The notes under the pieces are model-generated. The model saw only the letters and a list, made by a program, of their open reading frames with translations. It was not told the DNA's origin and did not search any database. This document shows, one piece after another, positions 27,889 to 34,909 of a DNA stretch of 64,000 nt. Source of the stretch: a virus; the IMG/VR virus record IMGVR_UViG_3300025892_000009; one strand, 5' to 3'. Made by a program: the position numbers and the translations under genes. Each line of letters begins with the position of its first letter. Positions within the stretch are counted from its first letter, which is position 1.

Positions 27889-27965
27889 TTCTTAACAGGC
27901 CAAGTTAACTCCATTCCTACTGTAAGTAATAAAACAAATCCAAATACAAATATTCCACTCATCAT
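27885..27965 (-). CDS. 26-aa membrane micro-peptide (not in track)
   Basis: MMSGIFVFGFVLLLTVGMELTWPVKK; fills the gap exactly with ATGA overlaps at both ends. Confidence 0.65.
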   Translation of the reverse strand: MMSGIFVFGFVLLLTVGMELTWPVKK

Positions 27966-28138
27966 AATCGATTCTTGCTATCAGGACTTGGAATCAATTG
28001 ATATGCTAGTTTATCACGTAACGCATTGACACGATCCTCATTGTATTGTTTAAAGTTTCCTCGCTTCTCAACTTTCTTGTAGTAGTGTAATGCATTAAGA
28101 ATGATTGCATAATCATCCATGTCCAATTCAAAATTCAT
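27962..28138 (-). CDS. Hypothetical protein
   Basis: MNFELDMDDYAIILNALHYYKK...; start moved to 28138 (ATGA overlap with the upstream ORF). Confidence 0.7.
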   Translation of the reverse strand: MNFELDMDDYAIILNALHYYKKVEKRGNFKQYNEDRVNALRDKLAYQLIPSPDSKNRL

Positions 28139-28287
28139 TTGTGGAATGGTTGCCAATGTTTCCATCCGTATTTATGAACTAACTGCATACCTATAGTAGG
28201 TACTACAATTAGTGAGTAAGATAAGACCCCAACACCCAATGGGTTATTGAGGACCCTACCACAAAATCTTGCTACTTCTAAAATCAT
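28135..28287 (-). CDS. 50-aa membrane protein (not in track)
   Basis: MILEVARFCGRVLNNPLGVGVLSYSLIVVPTIGMQLVHKYGWKHWQPFHK. Confidence 0.7.
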   Translation of the reverse strand: MILEVARFCGRVLNNPLGVGVLSYSLIVVPTIGMQLVHKYGWKHWQPFHK

Positions 28288-28292
28288 TGATT

Positions 28293-28883
28293 TTACCAGT
28301 CTCTATAGATCCAACCATAATCTTGAGGATACATTACATAATCATTTTTGGTAGAGGAAGGTCTAATTCCCATTGAGATAGCATCGAAGATTGTGCGGCA
28401 TGTATCGACTGCATACTTTCCACCAGTAACCACAAGACCGTATCCATGGTCCAAACCAGAAATACCACCAACAACGCCAACATCAATATATTGCATACCC
28501 ACTTTTGGTAAGTATTCTGACCATTTCCTACTAACGTTAGCATCGCAATTGCAATAATTAATAATAATATCTCCTTCACTACAAAACTGTAGTAACTCAT
28601 CCATCACTCCACTAATTGATTCTTTAGGCATGGCAAGTTGAAAGATACCAGGATTACGTTGCACAACAGTGTCCCCTGATTTTTCACCATAGATCCAAGA
28701 TTCTTTTACTGATCTTACAAGATATTTAATATTGGTATTGACACCAGTATAATATTTCTTGTCGTATGCGTCTGAAGCCTTTTCATAATTTCTACGATAT
28801 CCATGGACTTCAATCTTATTTGAAATCAACCTACGGGAGATACTCTCTCCCAGTTGACCAAGACCAATCATTCCAACTTTCAT
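28293..28883 (-). CDS. gnd: 6-phosphogluconate dehydrogenase-like protein, NAD(P)-binding domain only
   Basis: KVGMIGLG, GYRRN, GDIII, YIDVGVVGG Rossmann pattern; stops at 196 aa before the catalytic GAGHFVKMVHNGIEY segment. Confidence 0.8.
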   Translation of the reverse strand: MKVGMIGLGQLGESISRRLISNKIEVHGYRRNYEKASDAYDKKYYTGVNTNIKYLVRSVKESWIYGEKSGDTVVQRNPGIFQLAMPKESISGVMDELLQFCSEGDIIINYCNCDANVSRKWSEYLPKVGMQYIDVGVVGGISGLDHGYGLVVTGGKYAVDTCRTIFDAISMGIRPSSTKNDYVMYPQDYGWIYRDW

Positions 28884-28892
28884 AATGTTTAA

Positions 28893-29237
28893 TTAATTTA
28901 CGTGAATTACTCCAGTCATACCTGCGCCCTGATGAGGACCACAGAAGAAATTATAGTCTCCTGGATCAGCAAATACAACATCCTGTGTTTCTCCAGGAGC
29001 AAACAATAGTGCTTCTCTGGAAAGATCTGCACGACCTTCTACAATAATGTTATGTGGAGGTAGTGCTTCATTGATGAAGTGGACCGTATCGCCTGCCGAG
29101 ATTGTAATCTCGTTAGGTTCAAATACTAGGTTGCCACCAGCACCCATTGATACATCCAAAGCGTATGCTGTCTTAGGTAGAAAGAATACCAACGCTGCGA
29201 TCGCTGCTAAAATTGTAAACCGAATAAGACTTTTCAT
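28893..29237 (-). CDS. petE: Plastocyanin
   Basis: Signal peptide ending AYA; GNLVFEP; Cu ligands PPHN and CGPHQGAGM. Confidence 0.95.
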   Translation of the reverse strand: MKSLIRFTILAAIAALVFFLPKTAYALDVSMGAGGNLVFEPNEITISAGDTVHFINEALPPHNIIVEGRADLSREALLFAPGETQDVVFADPGDYNFFCGPHQGAGMTGVIHVN

Positions 29238-29274
29238 ACTAGTTTATGCGTCTATGGTATCTATACTATCACAT

Positions 29275-29568
29275 TTAGATGTTATGATCTGCTAACTCTT
29301 CAAGCATTTTCTTTCGAGTGTCTATAGCACCTTGCACATATCCTGATCTAGATTCCCAGGTTTGTCCACCTTCGATACCTTTTTTAGGATTGATACATTG
29401 CTCATTGCCGAACCTATTACACACCAAACCAGCAAGATCTAATTCACTACTGTCATAAGATGCAGCTGTGCCTCTAAAGATATGCTGCCCATTAATCCAT
29501 GTAGCACCACACTTCTCACATTCTGATCTACTCATAGTCAGATCGGAGACTTCCTTATTACTTTCCAT
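29275..29568 (-). CDS. Cys-containing hypothetical protein upstream of petE
   Basis: CEKCGATWINGQH...LAGLVCN...CINP. Confidence 0.75.
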   Translation of the reverse strand: MESNKEVSDLTMSRSECEKCGATWINGQHIFRGTAASYDSSELDLAGLVCNRFGNEQCINPKKGIEGGQTWESRSGYVQGAIDTRKKMLEELADHNI

Positions 29569-29770
29569 AGGTTTTAAAGTGATGTAAAAAACTTGTTTTG
29601 GGAAATCCCAATTCCTTTTCTAATTTTCTTCTAATGAAAAAAGTGCGGAACAGGATAATATGCCAGCGTATTTCTAAATCTACAAATGCAAATAACTGCA
29701 TAGTAGATTCAACGCCTGCGTATGCAACCATACAGACTAAGATTGCAATTGTTAAGTAGAATGCCAACAT
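29558..29770 (-). CDS. Small protein with N-terminal transmembrane segment
   Basis: MLAFYLTIAILVCMVAYAG...; ATG at 29770 preferred to the track TTG at 29788. Confidence 0.65.
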   Translation of the reverse strand: MLAFYLTIAILVCMVAYAGVESTMQLFAFVDLEIRWHIILFRTFFIRRKLEKELGFPKTSFLHHFKTYGK

Positions 29771-29802
29771 AGTATCAAGGGGATACAAATGAAGTATAAT
29801 AC

Positions 29803-29809
29803 TATTTAC
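29803..29809 (-). promoter_or_regulatory. Late-like promoter for the petE/gnd-like island operon
   Basis: GTAAATA in the 29771-29856 gap. Confidence 0.5.
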
Positions 29810-29856
29810 CCAAATTGTCAGTTACAATGTATTACGATGTTAGCAATTCCAAGCTC

Positions 29857-30129
29857 TCAGTTTCTGCACTTCCATTTGCGACGGGCTTTCCGTAAACGAC
29901 TGTCTGGATCTTTAGCAGCTTTCGGCCACATTTTCATTTGTCCTTTACTACGAGCACAGTAAGAGTCTTTTCGTTTACCACCTTCAGGTTGAGGAGGTTT
30001 GATGTCTTGGCCTTGAGCACGTAAGGATGCACGACCTTTGTCATTTAAACCGCCTTCAGGGTTCTGACCTTCTTTTCTTGTCCAGGCTGCTCCTTCTGTT
30101 AGTTGCAAATATTCGCCAAAAGAATACAT
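29857..30129 (-). CDS. Small basic protein (AAWTRKEG...ARRKWKC type)
   Basis: 90 aa, Lys/Arg-rich, N-terminus MYSFGEYLQLTE. Confidence 0.75.
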   Translation of the reverse strand: MYSFGEYLQLTEGAAWTRKEGQNPEGGLNDKGRASLRAQGQDIKPPQPEGGKRKDSYCARSKGQMKMWPKAAKDPDSRLRKARRKWKCRN

Positions 30130-30248
30130 TATTCTCTAACCTCAGGATTTTTAGGGCAATTGGATTCATGCTTTTTGATCCACGCATCAGGTCTATGATG
30201 ACCTTTAGGTGAAGTCAATCCGCAATACTTACAAGTTTTTACTACCAT
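30129..30248 (-). CDS. 39-aa C2HC zinc-finger micro-protein (not in track)
   Basis: MVVKTCKYCGLTSPKGHHRPDAWIKKHESNCPKNPEVRE; GGAGG Shine-Dalgarno upstream; TAATG overlap downstream. Confidence 0.75.
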   Translation of the reverse strand: MVVKTCKYCGLTSPKGHHRPDAWIKKHESNCPKNPEVRE

Positions 30249-30249
30249 A

Positions 30250-31206
30250 TCATCCTCCAACAAAGTTGCCAAATGACATCATAGATTCTTTCGCATCCTT
30301 TGCATCCTTTTTGGCATATCCCTTAGGTGCAGGATTATCTTTAGTGTGAAGTTTCATCAATTTCTTGTCACTATCAAGAGCCAACTCAATAGGTGACTTT
30401 TCCTGAAGATTTACTTCTTCTTTTTTAAGACCCAATCTACCCAACAAAGATTTTTTCTTAGGTTTGATGTTGGCACCCATCGCATTCAATCTGCTAGTAG
30501 CAGTGCCAGACTTTTGCTTTGATGCCTTCTGACGCTTGGAGTAATCCATATAGGACTCACCCTTCTTCAGTTTTTTGGGATCTTCTTTGGGTTTTGCTGC
30601 ATCAGCACGATCTTCACGAGCACGAGCATTAGCACCAGGACCACCTAGTTTTTTATCCTTCTCAGGATCAGGATGCCAATAGTCACCACGCTCAGTAATT
30701 ACTTCTTCTTTTGTCAAACGTGCTTTACGTTTTGCTGCTGCCTTGGCAAGGATTCTTGCACGAGCATCATCCTGATCCTTCTTGGGGATAGGAGTTACAG
30801 CACCAACTTTCTGATCAACATCACCAGGGGCATAACCCTCAGTCTTAGTTGCTTTCTTTCTGCGATTCATTTCCTTCGTCACTCTCTTCAACATGAATTG
30901 ATTAGAGGGAAGACTCTGGTCAGCACCACTGACTTGCTTATGCAACGCTGCCAGTTTCTCATCAGACTGCTTACCCATCTTGGCATCTTCTTTGATGGCA
31001 CCTTCACCATGCTTGGCACGGATATCTGCTTTCACTTTTTCAAGTGCAGACATACCATCATATTTTGGTTTTTTCTTACCAAATGTATTCGGTGTGTTAC
31101 TAACTGGTTTGTTGTAACGTTGGTTGCCACCAACACCACCACGCTCCATGCGTCTGTCTTTGAGACCGTCCGATCCCTCTTCGTGCATTTGTGAAAAACT
31201 TTTCAT
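30250..31206 (-). CDS. Lys/Glu-rich modular protein, putative internal head protein
   Basis: Highly charged, short modules separated by ...xE junctions; N-terminus MKSFSQMHEE. Confidence 0.7.
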   Translation of the reverse strand: MKSFSQMHEEGSDGLKDRRMERGGVGGNQRYNKPVSNTPNTFGKKKPKYDGMSALEKVKADIRAKHGEGAIKEDAKMGKQSDEKLAALHKQVSGADQSLPSNQFMLKRVTKEMNRRKKATKTEGYAPGDVDQKVGAVTPIPKKDQDDARARILAKAAAKRKARLTKEEVITERGDYWHPDPEKDKKLGGPGANARAREDRADAAKPKEDPKKLKKGESYMDYSKRQKASKQKSGTATSRLNAMGANIKPKKKSLLGRLGLKKEEVNLQEKSPIELALDSDKKLMKLHTKDNPAPKGYAKKDAKDAKESMMSFGNFVGG

Positions 31207-31210
31207 TGGA

Positions 31211-31753
31211 TCAACCTGATACTTGGACTTCGTTGATATACATGGTCATGCCATTAGTGCTATCACCCTTTGCCTGAATCTTGATGCTGTTAGCAACAGT
31301 AGCGGCACCTGCAAAAGCAGCACTGGCAGACTGGTCGGAAGTGACTGTAATAGTTGTGTTAGTAACAGCAGTTACTTCAACATGAGTTACGTTGTAAGCA
31401 GCAGTATCACCACCTGTGAGAGTAACGTAATCACCAACCACGAAAGGATGAGCGGGAGTGCCACCACCACCAACAGTCAGCACACAGGGACTAGCAGCAG
31501 TTGCATCAATAATGTTTGCTTTCTTAGGTTTGGCAAGTTTGAAGATTTCAGCACCATTGACGGGCATATGGACCACCAGGTCCGTCGTTATATCAGGAGC
31601 ACCACCCCATGAAAAATGATTGCTATGACTATCAGTATTGATAAATCTGTAATATCCAGTTTTCACTGTATATGCAGCAGTTGTTTGAGCAGTATCACTA
31701 TTATCAGTGAGACTACCCAAATCCTGCACGGGTACGGTTACATTTGATGCCAT
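31211..31753 (-). CDS. Putative virion structural protein
   Basis: T/A/G-rich, contains an H-x-F-x-x-G-D-x-V-x-L beta module; follows a late promoter. Confidence 0.65.
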   Translation of the reverse strand: MASNVTVPVQDLGSLTDNSDTAQTTAAYTVKTGYYRFINTDSHSNHFSWGGAPDITTDLVVHMPVNGAEIFKLAKPKKANIIDATAASPCVLTVGGGGTPAHPFVVGDYVTLTGGDTAAYNVTHVEVTAVTNTTITVTSDQSASAAFAGAATVANSIKIQAKGDSTNGMTMYINEVQVSG

Positions 31754-31776
31754 GGTGATTGATTACTCCTACGATT

Positions 31777-32232
31777 CTATTTATCTTGTTGTTGTTTTAA
31801 AAACTTGGCGAGATCTGCTGTGCTACCCACAAACATTGTGTTATTAGTAGTATTGACTTCCTTAGTTTTCTTGGGGTTTTCAATCTCAGAAACCTTCTTC
31901 TGAAGATCAATTAGTTTGTCAGCAACATCACCCACATGTTTGATCAGCTGACCAGCAACTTCAAATGCTCTTGGTTGATCTGACTCTTGTGCTAATTCTA
32001 AAATACCATCAACCGCCTCTTGACCTTTTTCGATCAGAGAATAAAGATTGCCACGAGTATACTCGTAGTCTTTCTTCAACTGCTCTTTGGTTGAAGTAAT
32101 AAACACTTCAGGTTTTTCGATTGGTGCTGGGTCAGCAGGAACTATAGAAGTTTCAATATCAAGGGCATCCTCAATACCATCAAATTTCTTCGTCTTGTCC
32201 TGTGACGGGGTTGTATTGTTTTGCATCGACAT
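31777..32232 (-). CDS. gp16: Terminase small subunit (start uncertain)
   Basis: KDYEYTRGNLYSLIEKGQEAVDG, HPRA-like QPRAFEV, FVGSTADL. Confidence 0.92.
   Translation of the reverse strand: MSMQNNTTPSQDKTKKFDGIEDALDIETSIVPADPAPIEKPEVFITSTKEQLKKDYEYTRGNLYSLIEKGQEAVDGILELAQESDQPRAFEVAGQLIKHVGDVADKLIDLQKKVSEIENPKKTKEVNTTNNTMFVGSTADLAKFLKQQQDK
31778..31785 (-). promoter_or_regulatory. Late promoter
   Basis: GATAAATA overlapping the gp16 stop; AGGAG Shine-Dalgarno follows. Confidence 0.65.
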
Positions 32233-32989
32233 AGTTGCTAGTCATTTCATTAAAACCGAAGTCATCGCCAGGATCTGAGGATAACGGATCTGGTTGGACC
32301 GTATAACGAACCTCTCTTGGAGCGGATGTATCCACTTTAGTAGAGTAATCTACAATTGCTTTTTTAATAACTTCGTTAGTCGAATCATTAACAGGACCAT
32401 ACAAATAGGTCTTAGCAACAAATTGAAGAGTATAAATCAAAGTGCGACGGGTATCATAATCACCTTCATATTCATCATCATATGAAACAGAAGTAAGAGT
32501 TACAGGATAGTCTTTTTTATCACCCAAATCAGGCACAAGTGTCATAGTGATATTGAAACTTGGTTGGAAATAAGGAAGAATCTGCTCCAGTATTTGCAAA
32601 GAGTCGTCTTGATTTTTTGCAAGAATTGCAAGCTCAAAATTAATATTATATGGGATTGGGGCAAACATTTTAATCTGCTTGCCTTCAGAAGTAGTATTCC
32701 TAATATATTGTGTGGGTGATACTTTTCTAGTAGCATCATACGAGATACCATTGATCTCAAATGAGATCCTAGGTAACGTAATCTGCACTTGATCCTTCTC
32801 CGTCAAATCACCCACTTGGCGAAGACGTGCAAGAAACTTTTGCTTTGGTCCATATGCCAGAGGCACCTTCATCACTTCAACAACTTCTCCTGAAGAATCG
32901 GTGCGTCGTAGCTCAATATTGTTGAATAGGGTACCAAACCCCACAACAGTTTTCTTTATAATCTCGTGATATGAATAATTTCCTAACAT
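32180..32989 (-). CDS. gp15: Tail sheath stabiliser / tail terminator
   Basis: YHEIIKKTVVGFGTLFNNI, VPLAYGPKQKF, LPRISFE, QILPYFQPS. Confidence 0.95.
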   Translation of the reverse strand: MLGNYSYHEIIKKTVVGFGTLFNNIELRRTDSSGEVVEVMKVPLAYGPKQKFLARLRQVGDLTEKDQVQITLPRISFEINGISYDATRKVSPTQYIRNTTSEGKQIKMFAPIPYNINFELAILAKNQDDSLQILEQILPYFQPSFNITMTLVPDLGDKKDYPVTLTSVSYDDEYEGDYDTRRTLIYTLQFVAKTYLYGPVNDSTNEVIKKAIVDYSTKVDTSAPREVRYTVQPDPLSSDPGDDFGFNEMTSNYVDAKQYNPVTGQDEEI

Positions 32990-34110
32990 TAGTCTGCGTT
33001 ACCAAATTCGCCAAATGGGTTTGTTTCTGTGAAGTCGATAAGATTATCAGACTGTATTTCAATATTGTAGTTTTGATCTACAGTATCGGACAGATTTGTA
33101 TTATTTAGGGTGTTGTATGACTCAGGACTCCAGAGAGCACCAGAAGTTATACCCTTTACGGTTTCACCTGTATTGAAAGTGCCTGTCCTATTAATCACTT
33201 GAAGCTCTCTAGTTGCAGAGTTCCAGGACTTGACTTCTGCTCTATTGTCTTTTGGTGAGTAGTCAAATGTGGCAGTTGGAGCACTAGTGTAACCACTACC
33301 ACCAGCTGTAATAGTGATACCAGTAACAATACCTGAAGCCGAGACTGTTGTTGTTGCTGTGGCACCTGTACCGCCCCCTCCACTAATTGTAACTGATGGT
33401 GGTAAACTGCTATTATAATATTGACCCCCATCCGTGATGGCAATACCACTCACGGCATCTCCAGTCAATGTTGCAGTACCAAATGCTCTATATAGATCTC
33501 CAACAATCTCTTCACCAACAGTGAAATCTCCTGACCCACCAGGATCCATTATTAATTTAATGGACGCTGCAAAATTAGTTTGAATGGCATCAATTTCTAC
33601 GACACCTGTATCAATATCCTCGTCACTATATTCAAACAGCTCACAACGAAGACCCCAAGTATATACCTTACCCAACTGAAAGAAGGGCACTTCATGCTCA
33701 ACAAATTGAATCTCGAATGTCTTACCTACCAGAGGGAAGTGAATTAGATCACCCTCGTTAGGTCTACCTTCTACAATAAGGGTGGTATTATCATCCACTG
33801 CCTGAGTAAATCTAGTGCGAGAGATGATGAATGTAACTTGATCAGAAATTCTTACTCCAAACTTACTAAACATATCTCCATCACCACGGAAACCAGTGGC
33901 ATCTTCTAGATATGCTTCAATTAAAAATGCGTCATTAAATTGAGACAATGTATCTTCAGTAAAGATAGTGTCTTCTTTAACTAGAGTCCTTGGCACATAA
34001 TAGACGTTTTTTCCAAACATCTTAATCTGCTCGATGACCAGTGCCTCAGTAAGGTCCTGCTCACCTGTAGTGCCTTGAGTGAAATAAGGATTAAGTGCCA
34101 TATCAGCCAA
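32989..34110 (-). CDS. gp14: Neck protein with Gly-rich insertion
   Basis: EQIKMFG, RPNEGDLI, FEIQFVEHE, CELFEYS, DFTETNPFG; GGSGY..P repeats inserted. Confidence 0.93.
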   Translation of the reverse strand: MADMALNPYFTQGTTGEQDLTEALVIEQIKMFGKNVYYVPRTLVKEDTIFTEDTLSQFNDAFLIEAYLEDATGFRGDGDMFSKFGVRISDQVTFIISRTRFTQAVDDNTTLIVEGRPNEGDLIHFPLVGKTFEIQFVEHEVPFFQLGKVYTWGLRCELFEYSDEDIDTGVVEIDAIQTNFAASIKLIMDPGGSGDFTVGEEIVGDLYRAFGTATLTGDAVSGIAITDGGQYYNSSLPPSVTISGGGGTGATATTTVSASGIVTGITITAGGSGYTSAPTATFDYSPKDNRAEVKSWNSATRELQVINRTGTFNTGETVKGITSGALWSPESYNTLNNTNLSDTVDQNYNIEIQSDNLIDFTETNPFGEFGNAD

Positions 34111-34903
34111 TCATGTCCAGTGGTGGTAATTCCCATTGCGTACGCAATTGCTCATCAAGGATCTTTAATTCCTCAACAGCATCGTTATAAATCATCTCAC
34201 CATTCAATGTGATTCCCCCTGGCATTTGCACACCAGAAAACTTAGTGAGATTCTGTCCCCACTGCTTCTTAACTTTCGCAGTAGTATAATCTTTAATCCA
34301 CAATTGATTATAAATTTCAGTCCATGTATTTGGATCTAAAGCACGCCATGCTTTAATTACAATATACTGATCTACAATCGCATCTTCTGGCCAACTCCAG
34401 TCAATATAAAGACGATCCTGCACAGCATGATACCGAATAGGACTCATGCCCTCAAGCAAGAAATCAATTGTAGATAGATGCGACTGGATCATATAATAAT
34501 GATAAAATTGTGTAGATGTAAAATCATACAAGTCATTCAATCTCATCTGATATCTAATATCAAAGATGTTAGAAGATCCCTTATCACTGTATGAAAACAG
34601 ACCTTCTACCGAAAGAATATGATCTGGGATTTCAATGTATGTATTGTTTTCTATCCAGGCATCATTTCCCGCTGATGAGGTTGATCCTGCAGTAGTTTTC
34701 GATCTATCAATCACATCCTGTGTGATCTGATGTTTCAAATAGACACGCTCGCATCCATCATAATGAAACTGTTGGAATTTTTGCAATGAATAATCCACTG
34801 CATCATCCAATTGATCATCAGAAACATTGATTTCAATCACAGGGTCGCCTAGGCGACGTTTCACATATGATTTTAATTCTGCTTTAGAAGTTAGAGTTGC
34901 CAT
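34103..34903 (-). CDS. gp13: Neck protein
   Basis: RRLGDPVIEINV, KQWGQNLTKF, LPGG-like MPGGITLNG. Confidence 0.95.
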   Translation of the reverse strand: MATLTSKAELKSYVKRRLGDPVIEINVSDDQLDDAVDYSLQKFQQFHYDGCERVYLKHQITQDVIDRSKTTAGSTSSAGNDAWIENNTYIEIPDHILSVEGLFSYSDKGSSNIFDIRYQMRLNDLYDFTSTQFYHYYMIQSHLSTIDFLLEGMSPIRYHAVQDRLYIDWSWPEDAIVDQYIVIKAWRALDPNTWTEIYNQLWIKDYTTAKVKKQWGQNLTKFSGVQMPGGITLNGEMIYNDAVEELKILDEQLRTQWELPPLDMIG

Positions 34904-34909
34904 TGGTTA

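Noticed and set aside
28135-28293. Possible frameshift restoring a full-length gnd
   Set aside because: No downstream frame encodes the GAGHFVKMVHNG catalytic segment; the space holds a separate 50-aa ORF.
29821-29835. NtcA box (GTA-N8-TAC) upstream of the petE operon
   Set aside because: The sequence is GTAATACATTGTAAC: wrong spacing and right arm. A direct-repeat reading fits better.
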